A DNA stretch of 63,878 nucleotides, the filler included, from Reticulomyxa filosa (lineage: Eukaryota; Protista; Foraminifera): NCBI GenBank assembly GCA_000512085.1. It is 22 parts of 22 records of this genome, joined end to end, with 100 filler letters (N's around TTAATTAATTAA, not from the genome) between each part and the next. Parts side by side here need not be neighbours in the genome. Positions count along the whole stretch, not along the records: positions 45,542 to 54,293 come from ASPP01024709.1; positions 54,394 to 55,939 come from ASPP01014508.1; positions 56,040 to 57,541 come from ASPP01011001.1; positions 57,642 to 58,727 come from ASPP01015884.1; positions 58,828 to 61,454 come from ASPP01032698.1; positions 61,555 to 63,878 come from ASPP01034144.1; 16 more parts are not named here. One strand, given 5' to 3'. Made by a program: the position numbers and the translations under genes. Below the pieces are notes generated by a model. It had not been told where the DNA came from, did no database searches, and was given only the letters and a program-made list of their open reading frames with translations. This document shows positions 52,722 through 63,878 of this stretch, piece after piece. Position 1 is the first letter of the stretch. Every line of letters starts with the position of its first letter.

Positions 52722-53364
52722 ATAGAATGAAATTTAAAGTCATATTTGTCAAATCTAAAAAAATATAAAATGCAAAGTTTGATGTTACAAATGAAGTTTT
52801 TAAGCTTTTCAGGCAAATTTAAGAAAAACATTAATTTAAATAGTTGTGCATGTACATTAACTGTTATTGTTATTTAATAACTTGGGTTTATTTTTTCAAT
52901 TATGAATAACTATTTGAAAGGTTATGCAACATAGATAAATAGATTATGTCATCCTGAAGAGAACATATAACTTAATACTAAAAAGTGTGATGCTGATACA
53001 ACAATGCACCTTTGTTTCTCCAATGAAATTTTGACTTTCATCGTTGTGAATTTCATATTATTCATTTGATCAATGATATAGTTTATGTGTGGTGATTTAT
53101 TGAACAGCTTATTTTTTTAATCTCTTTTCGTCTTTATGCGCTATGTTTATATTGATAGGCAAACTTGTGCGCAAGGTTAAGTCTTTGACTCCTTGCATCT
53201 CAAAAAAAAAATTATGCATAAAGCAGAGTAGGCAATTTCAAAAATATTAACCTTTCAATATAAAATGTGGACGAAATTGCATTTTCGAAAGAAAAAAAGA
53301 AATTGAAAGGAAACATTGTTTGAAGTACATTTGTGTCAGAAATACAAATTTTTTGCTTGTAGAT

Positions 53365-54262
53365 CTATTTGGAAGTGCTGGGATCAATTTCGCCCTGTTT
53401 TAGACGATGCAAATATACGTTTGGCTTTTCTTTGTCCAAAGCGTCACGGTCGTACCCTCTGCTATAATCGTAGCTAGTCGCATATGCCAAAATTCGGCCA
53501 GTATGATTGAAATCCATCGCGACAACAGGAAGCTTCATCCGTTTCAAACATAGTAGTCGAGTTCTATTCTCCCATCAATCAATTCGAAATCAAAGTATGA
53601 TTTTGTCTTCCCTCTCCCTTTCTCCTTGCACTAAAAATCAAAATAATGCACTCACCGGCTTTGTATAGCCCAGGTAGATACTTCGCCATCAGATCCTCCA
53701 CTCGCCAACGTCCCGAATTGTTGATTAAAGCGAAGCGTGTTGACACTGTAAATATCGGACTCACTTTTGTAAGAATAGGTAGTATGCGATGACTTGGATT
53801 CGTGTCGATGGCATTTGAAGGAAAAGCCACGTTTATCCTGTACGTCTTTATTGATATAACGAATTTGAATGCGACCTTCAACGGAGCCCACAGCAAAGCC
53901 ATCTTCGTTCGGGATGCAATCAAGGCCTCGTAATTGAGTCTGGAATGCACTCATGCAATCGGTCATACTTTGATTGACATTGCGAAGATCATACCAACGG
54001 AAATGTTTGTTGTCCAATGTACACACTAACAATGTATTCTTGTGACTCAAGTTGAAAATTTTTTTTTTTATGTTGTCAATCGTGAGACTCCTTTGAGAGC
54101 TTCGCAAATCCCAAAACACGATGCTTGTATCCCAACTCCCAGTCACGACCCAACTTTGCTCTTTCACATAGCACATGTCACTCACCGGCGCTCGGTGCCA
54201 GTTTCCTAATGCTTGAAATGATTGCTTTTGCAGGTTCCATAAACGAACAGTGCAATCACAGC
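53365..54262 (-). CDS. RAE1: mRNA export factor Rae1/Gle2 (Bub3/Rae1 WD40 family), 3' part
   Basis: VVTGSWDTSIVFWDLRS, GFAVGSVEGRI, FSFKCHR, DIYSVN, GTLASGGSDG, FNHTGRILAYATSYDYSRG (Rae1 YDWSKG). Confidence 0.88.
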
Positions 54263-54774
54263 CTTTTTTTTTTTTTTTTTAAATAAAAAAATTNNNNNNN
54301 NNNNNNNNNNNNNNNNNNNNNNNNNNNNNNNNNNNNNTTAATTAATTAANNNNNNNNNNNNNNNNNNNNNNNNNNNNNNNNNNNNNNNNNNNNATATATA
54401 TATATATATATATATGTGTTGTAACATTTATGGCATATTGAATTTATGCGAGGACACATCCTTTATGTTTGTTTCTATTGAATGCAGTCGACAATACATT
54501 GAAGATAAAGGATTTTTAATCAATGTGGAGATTGATTGGCACATTAAAAATTTTAAATTTTAGTTTTGAAAGTCCCAAATTTTTTTTTTTTTTTTTTATT
54601 TTTTTTTTTTTTAAAGAACATTTTGAAGTATTTACTGAAAAGTGTGTGTTGATTCCTCAGAGCATCCTGGAGCCTCTCCCCATTTTGTATCGCATAATAG
54701 ACAAACTCTTTGGCAGGCATATGCTTCATTATTTGGATCTTCCAAAGAGACAATAGTTTGACAGCACGACCATT

Positions 54775-55939
54775 TTAATTTACAACCGGGCAAGTGCTCG
54801 GGACTGTTGCAGCACGACCACTCCGATTTACATCCCTCTGTTTCAGTGCAGGTTTTTTACAACATGAATAGCGTTCCTTACATCCCTCCGTTCCAAATAT
54901 CTGTCCACAGCATTTGAGTTTGCAGCCAGTGGCGGTATTGAGAACATCTGTGTTACAGCAAAGCCATTTTTCACGACAGCCCTTATCTTTGTCCCCTCTT
55001 CTGCAGCACAAATAATAGCCACTTTTTTTACAGCCTTTCGCGTCAATCTCCCTTTTACAAGAGCTGCACTTCTCAACACAGCCAACGGAGCCACTCGGTT
55101 TGCCACAGCAAAGGAGTTTATATGCATGTTGGTTCTTTGTTTTGCAGCCTTCAGTGTCAGGGCTTTGTCTGCAATCGGTGCATTTCTCTGCGGAATGTTG
55201 GCCGCAATTAATGTCAAACATTCCTGTGCAGCCAATAATGTATAGTCCATCGGAATGGGTTGGCCGATTACAACAATGGCCACAATGATACGATTCACTG
55301 TTCGCTCGGATACCCTGAGAGCATGTTCGACATCGCCAAGTGTTTCCCAGGAATTCTTTCAAAGCATTGTATGGATTCGTGTAGTTTGTGTATAAAATAT
55401 ATATATATATATATGTATACGTATACATATATATGTACATACCTATGCGCTCGGTGACACGACTGTAAGAAGAAGCATTACCACAACGTGGACAAGAAGG
55501 AATTGTAGAGGTTGATGGATGATAATATTCAAGTCCAGCAAATTCTTCGTACGTCTCACTAGTTTGATGATCACAGTACTTTTTTTCATCGTGAGTCCAT
55601 TCTTCAATAAGTTGTTGTGGATGATACCACTCTTTACCCGACGGATGAACGAGCAAAGGAGAGGGGTGGTACCATTCTTTTCGGTAATTTCTGTCGTGAA
55701 CTTTTTTTTTGTTGCCGATATGTATACGTTCAGTGACTCCATTTTTGTCGTGCGCACTTACTGCAGCAATATGACAGCTAATGTCATCGCTGTACCGAGG
55801 GTCACACTCCAATCCACATTTTGTGCATTTCTTTATTTCAAAGTTGATTTCACAGCTTCCTATTTCATTCAACTTTGATGTCAATAGCTTCAATATTTCC
55901 GCTGACGTGTAATATCCGATTTCATGACGTTCATGTGCC
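54775..55939 (-). CDS. Cys/His-rich protein with tandem CC-x(5-8)-GC and YHP repeats (partial)
   Basis: 372-aa ORF with WYHP/YYHP repeats, then LLCCGKPSGSVGC, YLCCRRGDKDKGC, WLCCNTDVLNTATGC, KCCGQIFGTEGC, YSCC. A (TA)n intron near 55370-55442 is read through by the ORF. Confidence 0.75.
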
Positions 55940-56039
55940 NNNNNNNNNNNNNNNNNNNNNNNNNNNNNNNNNNNNNNNNNNNNTTAATTAATTAANNNNN
56001 NNNNNNNNNNNNNNNNNNNNNNNNNNNNNNNNNNNNNNN

Positions 56040-57541
56040 TACTAGTAGAATGTTTCAACACTTGCTGTTTAATTTCTTTCACAGATATTGAATTAACGAA
56101 TAGAAAAGGTACAAATTCCGATTGCGTTTGTGACTTTTCGTTCCACACGCTTACACATAACAAGCTTTCGTTGGGTCGAGGATAGCGCTCCGCTTCGACA
56201 ATCAAACGACAGTCGGTACGGAATGCGTGTGGAAATGTCACCAGCAATGGCACGTCATCTTTCACTTGCCATATTCGGATATCTTTCGATGGCTCAATGC
56301 TCAACCTTACTCGCAGCTCTTCCATCAAGGCTTGGACTTGATACGGTTTGATTGCCTTTAGTACAATCGAAGGAGGAGTCGGTGTTGCTTTATTTTCAAC
56401 TGTCAGCCGAATCAATTGTGTACGTTCTGTCCATTCGTTGGATGCCCGTGATTTCAAATTTGGTGTGAGTAATCCTTCCGATTTCTCAAAGCATATGAAT
56501 GGTCTCTCTTTGAATCCCACTGTCATTGATGTGTTCATTCAGACAACATATATCACACAATTTTGGAGTATTTTAATTGATATCCTGTTGCTGCAAGACA
56601 AGAGAAGGGGAGAGCGAATATATACATATACATATACATATATATATATATATATATATGTACGTATGTACAAATTTGTGATATTTCTAAACTGAACATT
56701 CCATAGTTAGCCATCAACAAATCATCGTGAACAATATTGGTGGAGATTCCATACTCCATCTGCATGGCCATTTCTTGATCGGTCATTCCTGGCGAAATGG
56801 ACTTTGGCATTGAACGATAGCGTGGATCATTTCTTGACCAATAACGTAATGGATCCATTTTATCATGTAAAATGTGTGCAAATTCCCTTCGAGAGAATAA
56901 ATCTCGGTGATATTTACCAGTTGTGCTGTCATCACGTTTTTCGGCTGTGTTGCTGGTTTCATCGGCAACATTTCCAAAGTAAACGACATCAGGTCGATCG
57001 TCACGACAGTCACTCATCAATGTGAATACAGGTTCTTTGATCGATTGTGCTTCGGAAAAATCTCTTTGAATTAGTGTCCATACATCTTTCAAGCTTGCCT
57101 CAATCGGTACTAGGATTCGCTTTATCGACACTATGAATTTTTCTTTGTCTGCTTCGTTGTCGCAATAATATTTCACTGTAAATTCTAAGGTCCTGCGCAA
57201 CACACACACACACACACACACATTACACACAAAAGAGCTATTTTGTCTTATGTATTTTCTTACAGATTGAATTTGGAAAGGAAGAGTCGACAGAGATGAA
57301 AGACCTAGCATTTAGGAGATCAAAAGGGACCCCATTGACCGTTTGTCCATCCCACACAAAACAAAATTTAAAACGGGCTTGGAAATGCAAGTCTCGAATC
57401 AACGTCGGTCGATTCCAGTCATCGAAATAATGTTCATTAAAGTCGTCTTGATAGTCATATTCATCCCCTTCTTCGGACTCGGGATCGTATCCATCATCCC
57501 TTTCTAGAAACGAAGAGTGGTTGTTATTGTTATTGTTATTG
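56040..57541 (-). CDS. Hypothetical multi-exon protein (internal fragment)
   Basis: Long open exons at about 56040-56575, 56690-57192 and 57305-57540, separated by (TA)n/(CA)n introns. No recognised domain. Confidence 0.6.
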
Positions 57542-57641
57542 NNNNNNNNNNNNNNNNNNNNNNNNNNNNNNNNNNNNNNNNNNNNTTAATTAATTAANNN
57601 NNNNNNNNNNNNNNNNNNNNNNNNNNNNNNNNNNNNNNNNN

Positions 57642-57677
<36 letters not shown>

Positions 57678-57809
57678 GACAAACATAATAAACAAAGGCA
57701 AAAAATACAATAAATAGATAACCAATACATATATGTATATAAGAGATGAGAAAGTAATTGCATGAAAAAGAATGAAATAATTTTTTTTTTTTTTTTTTTT
57801 TTGTGTTCG

Positions 57810-58670
57810 AAACAGGATACGAGGAAGGAGTATCTTTTTTCCAATCATTATTAAAATTTGAAGTGGCGCTATTGGATGTGTGTGAGAGAGTGGATTCATG
57901 TTTGTATTGAGAATGGGGAGGGCGATACGAATGAGATTGAAGCATATAGCCATCGTTTCCAATGTTGTTTTCGCAGTGCTTTTTCAATCGACGAAAAGCT
58001 TCCAACAGTGAATTGTATTTGCCAAAGTGATAATTTTCAATTTCTTCAATCTGTTTTTCTGTTTTCACTTGATTCGATGCATTTTCCTCCATCAATATAT
58101 TCAACTTTGTTTGTTGCATTTCATTCCGTTTTCGACTTGTATTCAGCTCTTCTTTTATTTCACTTATTTCTTGTTTGTACCGTTCATTGCTACTATTGAG
58201 CTTACTTATCGTTGCTTCCGATGTCGTTATTCGCTCTTCTTTCTATTTTGTGTCATGTTTTTATTTTGTTCATTTATTTGTACATTCATGCATATGATCA
58301 TACACATATTACGTATATGTAAGTACTCACATAGCGTCGGCAATTGATCAGTCAAAGTAAGAAGAATCAATCGAAATAAAGAGAGAGAGAGAGAGAGATT
58401 AAAAATAAAATAAAATAATAAAATAAACAAACAAACAAACTCGAGCAACAGAGTCCTCCAAAGCTGCGCATTGCACTTCCAACTGATGATTTTCTTGGAT
58501 TTTTTGCGTTAGCTTTTCTTCCATGTCATCAAATTTTTTCAGCTGTTTTTCCAACTCTTTTTTCATCTCTTCCACACGCTTGTGTTCTTCGCGCCACTCT
58601 TCCATTTTGTTTTGAGTCTCGTTGCAGCGATTTTCGCTTTGCGCGAGTTCCTCTTTCTTTTCCGTGTTTT
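57810..58670 (-). CDS. Coiled-coil protein (internal fragment)
   Basis: E/K/Q-rich heptad-like exons (MEEWREEHKRVEEMKKELEKQLKK..., NILMEENASNQVKTEKQIEEIE...). Confidence 0.6.
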
Positions 58671-58695
58671 GTGTTTTTTGTTGTTTTTTTTTTTT

Positions 58696-58726
<31 letters not shown>

Positions 58727-58827
58727 GNNNNNNNNNNNNNNNNNNNNNNNNNNNNNNNNNNNNNNNNNNNNTTAATTAATTAANNNNNNNNNNNNNNNNN
58801 NNNNNNNNNNNNNNNNNNNNNNNNNNN

Positions 58828-61454
58828 TGGGCAGCGAAAGCAGGGATTGCTATGTCAGCGAAAAGTTTAAACTGATTGTCATTGTTATGAAGTCCGTCGC
58901 CTACTCTCCGGAAATGCCCATTGCGTTTTTGAACCGCTTTGAAAAACAGCTTATTTCGTACGAAAGCTCGTTGCAACCAGAGATTCGAGAGCGTATCCCG
59001 GCAATGCGAAACAGACTTTGCCAAGCGTTTGGAGTGAGTGATGATCAATTGAGTGATCTGTTTCCTGGATTTTGTGGTGATACCATTCCCTCGGCACTTT
59101 CTTGCATATTGGCGGAGGAACAGCACGACGAGGAATATGAGGAACTTAAAATAGAACAATATACGAAGCCAGAGGAAGAGGCAAAAGCAGAGACAGTCGA
59201 CATCCGAGACACAGAATTGAAGATGTTAGAACTGTTTCGACCAATGTGTCGACCGGAAAAACTCATCGAATTGGCAATTCAAAAAAAATATCCTCCCAGC
59301 GATGATCCAGCACAGCTAGAGCATTTTCCCACCCTTGTATGAAAAATAATATCTTTATATGATCTATACATATCATAAATACTTTGTATGTAACAGAAAA
59401 TGATCATTGACGAACATCATGACAAATTTGCTGAGCAAATGCTGATGGTGTTGACACTGGACTTTGAATGTAATCTTGGCAAAGAGTGGTATGCTGATTT
59501 GTTAAAAGTTGAAAACTATAACAAGGCAAGCGACTTTGAGAAAGCTGTGAAAAGTTTCTTCAATCCTAAATCAAACAAAAACCGGCTGCTGTTGCAATAT
59601 TGCCACGAATTACAAAACCTGACACAGTTTATCCAAGTTAAGCATATACTTCAAAAGGCCCATTACCGACATCTCAAGTCAAACAATAAAGCATTGCAGA
59701 AGGTGGTCATTTGCATTGTCCATATCGACAAGAATATGATGAATGAATCATTCCCTTTGATATTTTCAAGAAAATGGAAATACGTATACATGGACTGTCT
59801 GTCTTGCACCGAGCCCATTAGTTTGAAGACGTTGTTAACGCAAAGAGTGACGGATGTGATTAACAATGAGCCAACACCAAATATTCGCAACAATATTCGA
59901 CGGGCATTGGGACATCTCCGTTTCCCTGCCTGTATGGATGTGTACAGGGAGTTGGAACGAGTATCTTTGCTGTTCAAAGATAACGTATTTGAAGAGTTTC
60001 AAGCAGTGATAAAGCAGCGCTTGCTATTGGTTTTGTCGATTGGACTGGTCAATGAGCCCATTGCACATATCATTCTTCAGCGCGCAAAAAAAAGAAAAAA
60101 CGGAGGAGAAAAACAGATTTGCGAGGGATCGTTCTTTGAACATTACAAATATACCATTGACAAATTGGTAACAATGGGTCTGATCAACATTTTGCTGGCA
60201 TGTTATGAAAACTGTTATTTCCAAGCCTGTTTCAACGGATTTGAACGGCAAATGACCGAATTAGATCACATTTTTGTCAGTTGCGCAAAGAGCTTTTCGC
60301 TATTGCAAATTGAGGAAATCAAGCAGGTCACATCGCGACTTGCCGAAGACACAATCGAACTCCACGTGGTGCCAATGAAATACACAGCTCAATTTCCGTT
60401 CAGTCATTTGCTTCATCGCTGGTGTCAAAAGCAACTGGTCGATCAAATTGTGAACAATCCGAAAATCATAGCATTATGAAACCATTAAAATGGAGGAAAA
60501 AAAGACAGAGGAAACCAAGATAGAAAACAAGAGTCAGTCGATTGCGAAAGCAGGTAACAAAAGTACAAAAGCAGTGCAAAGTGCAAAGTTGCTGACAATT
60601 GAACTTGCAGAATTTTCTTCATTGAATGACTGCAGTGAAGAAACTTGTCAAATGTAGTGATGGACGTGATCATGGAAACGTGTTCCATTCCAATCAACGT
60701 GGTATCACTACTCAAAGATATCATCCTTTGCATTACCTGCGCTGTGTGTGGCTCCATATCTTTGGCCAATTGCGAGACTGTGTTGTATTTTTATGATGAT
60801 GTTATAATGCAATATGTCACAATTTTTTCTCTAATCAAGGAAATAGACACAAACCAACTCGAAATTTCTGTCGAAAAAACTCTGTCTCCATTTGATCGCT
60901 TGACACGAATTACGAATGACTTGTGTCAGTATTTTTCCAATATTAATATTGGTATGAAAGTTTTTAAAGCAGTTTTTTTTTTTTTGGTACAACTTTCTCT
61001 CCATCTATTGCATACAAAAAAAAAAATAAATAGATGAGTTTATTCTCGTGATGCATCGATTGTGTGTGGCTATGACGCCGATCACTTCTTTAATGTTTGA
61101 ATTTTCCACGAAACACAAAAGTAGACAAGTGGAACAATTGCTGTCTCAATGTCGGGCCATCGAAGTACGCCGCTTATGTGTGGCTCATTTTGGACTCGCG
61201 GCTTTCTCAACCGAAACCAAAGACATTGGAGGACAAATTCATTCCTTGTCCTCCATTGGATTACTATCCAGCGATGAAGTTATTCCAAGCATTCTTAAAG
61301 CAGCTGAGAGCAGTGGGCTGTTGAAACAAAACAAATATCCACATTTCATTCACGATTTGCTGGCAATTGCCAAAAAAGTGGAGAATATGAACAATGAAAA
61401 GGAACAACAGGCATACAAGTCTGTGGTCACAAAGCTATTCTTTGACACAGAAAA
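58828..61454 (+). CDS. RNF213/mysterin-like large AAA+ protein, internal fragment
   Basis: MPIAFLNRFEKQLI (compare RNF213 FPIPLINRLEKH), DLFPGFCGDTIPS (compare DVFIGYHSDACAS), VICIVHI, FSRKWKYVYMDCL (compare W..VHIDDL) and FPFS occur in the order seen after the second AAA module of RNF213. Comparisons are from memory. Confidence 0.7.
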
Positions 61455-63878
61455 NNNNNNNNNNNNNNNNNNNNNNNNNNNNNNNNNNNNNNNNNNNNTT
61501 AATTAATTAANNNNNNNNNNNNNNNNNNNNNNNNNNNNNNNNNNNNNNNNNNNNCAATTTTATAACACAATGTCCACGTAATTGAACATTAATTAATGTA
61601 TTTAAGGGTATAATAATGAATAACACTGTCCTTCTCTATGGCCTACACAAATGAGCATTTCAAATTTGTGAATCATGCATTAATATTAAACAAGTGAATT
61701 AGGTAAAGAACACAAAGTCATAAAGAGAGTTGATAGTCTTGCATTTGCTGTCTCAATTGATTTAATATTAACTTTAGATATTTAAACTATTTCGATAAGT
61801 CCACAAAAACATTGAAGAAGAAACTTTCTTGGATTGGCAAGAATTGTGAACAGAAGATCCATGTATTTATTTTTTAATAAAAAAATATTTGTACAATATC
61901 ATCAATGATCAACTTTCAAAATAAATCAATTTTCAATTGTCAAAGATCTGATAAAACAATAAGAATCATAATATTTTCAATCGGCTGTTTCAAAATTGTT
62001 TAATTATAGAATAGTGACTGCTGTCACGCCATTTAGACAAAGCCCAAAAATTTAATTCAATTTTAGTGTCTGTTTTGTATTTTTTATTTTAATGTAATAT
62101 TTTTATTATTTCTAAAAACTTTGCAACTGTCTTTTCTTTTTAATCATGCATGTACATTCCAATACGTCAAACAATTGTTACTAATAATATAAAAAATAAC
62201 CTTATTTATTACACACGGACAATTTCAAAACAAATTAATATTTGCAAAAAACTTGAAATTGTTTTATTTTTTTTTATCAAATCTGTAACAAGTTGTAATA
62301 TTACAAGCAACATATTAAAATACAAATCAGATCGATTAGCTAGTTTTCACAAATACGTAATATGTCGCATATAAAGAGATAAAGCAAAACTCGAATATGC
62401 AATTGCCACATAGATCAGGATTTATTGATGAAATCCTAACATCAACAAAAGGATATCAATGATCTGTATTTCTGTCATAAAGTAAATCATGTATGTATAC
62501 ATAAGCAACAACGAACTCAACGCAGTAATTGAAATAATAGTCAATGTAATAAGAACATCTATCAACTCCCAAAAAAAATATTTAAGGGACAAACCAAAAA
62601 AAGGGACTATGTTTTGAAATACGTAACAATTGGAAATAAGGTAATTAATGTTGGATGCCAGCCGAATCCAAATGTCACCGTTTAATGACGAATATGAAAA
62701 ATTTGAAGGACCAAGATATTCATCCATTAGTCTTTTAAAATTATAATTTTTTTTAATTTTATTAGGTAAATTGTTTGTTATCCAACCTGATGGTAATTCT
62801 TCATTTCCAAATCGACGACGTGTTGCAGAAATTCCATACCTTATTTCGTGCTGTGAGGTTGTTCATATCATTGAATGTGCTTGTGCTTTGCTTGGATCGC
62901 TGCTAGCTTTTTTTAATGATTATATACTTCTCATATATTGGTTCATACTTTCTTTAATAGATAGAATTAATGTTTTCGGGAGAAAATGTATTAAGATTGT
63001 TCCAACTGGTGAAGTGAACGTAACTCATAAAGAACGACATGTTTGACGCCGTTGATGAAAAATACGAAAACTTTTTTTTGCATTATCCAAATGGACAGAC
63101 CGTGGAAACATTTAGCAAAGCCTGCTGCTTGCACTTTGACATCTGAGCTTTCAATTAAATCAAACAAAAGTTTTTTAAAAAATGAAATTTTGATTGAAAA
63201 TCAAGTCCGTTTTGGTGTCAAATTGTCCAGCAAAGAATACTTTACAAAAAATATTACCTTTTCCTTTTTTTAGCTAGTCTTGGTCACTTTCAATTTTTGA
63301 ACAAAGAAGGTTGCATCACACTTCTGCTTTCTGCGCAACTCAGCCACTTCGGAGCCAGAACATATGCAAAAAACATGTTGATTATGCTACATTGAACCCG
63401 AAGGACTGGCCGATACAACTCCCTAAAAATCTAGTCGTGCTATTCTTTCCATAATTATATAATTTTTTTTCAGCGTTCTTTATTTTTGTGTGTATTGTCG
63501 CTTCTCAAGCGATTTAAGCGTATTTGTTGTAAATTTTTAATATGAGTTTATAAATTTATTCTCCTTTTTATTCAGGAAAACCACATTAACAATTTTTCTT
63601 TTCTTTTTCTGTGGAAACCAATAAATAATAATAATAAATGATCTATTTTCCAATCGTGAAGATGTTTTGTTGTTACTTTTTTTTTTTGAATTGGTGTCAC
63701 ATGGTAGAGATTTTCACTAATAAGTTAAAACTAGTTGACAACGATCTTCAATTAGATGAATTTGAAATAATTAATTTTAGAAATAAATAAGTTTCTATTG
63801 TAAAAATATGTTTTTATCAAAAAATTTGTTTATATGAACAAGTTTATAAAAATTTTATTATTTTTGAAAGTTGGTCCC

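Noticed and set aside
1365-61554. Recurring TTAATTAATTAA palindrome between N-runs as a biological repeat or CRISPR-like array
   Set aside because: It has a fixed 100-bp format with stops in all six frames, so it is an assembly concatenation linker. ORFs containing X or ending LIN are artefacts.
61555-63878. Hydrophobic ORF 62422-62727 and a WW-like start (EELPSGW near 62790)
   Set aside because: These are short, stop-interrupted fragments without enough motif support to call.

Overview
This window is not one locus. It is about 22 short, AT-rich, intron-containing eukaryotic contigs joined by an artificial 100-bp spacer (N44-TTAATTAATTAA-N44). The gene content, poly(A/T) and microsatellite-rich introns and many decayed gene fragments resemble the foraminiferan Reticulomyxa filosa (inference, not verified). 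Recognisable genes: a G-alpha subunit (plus the probable 3' tip of a second), AMP deaminase with a C-terminal membrane anchor, a RING protein with RPA32-binding-like motifs and RS/RGG tails, a split-RGS protein, THOC5, C2CD3, a Rab7-like gene head-to-head with a U-box-SAM-Rab fusion, a CW zinc-finger protein, ER FKBP, an extended SDR reductase, Rae1, an RNF213-like fragment and two surface-protein fragments. Probable pseudogenes include G-beta, DnaJ and LMF1-like remnants. The most striking structure is a decayed gag-protease retroelement (45721-47521) with INVERTED LTR ends that is still flanked by a 4-bp direct repeat (CACT), with two related solo LTRs nearby. Many 3' splice sites are preceded by poly(A) instead of a polypyrimidine tract, and there is an 11-nt micro-exon. 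All calls were made by eye, without database searches.
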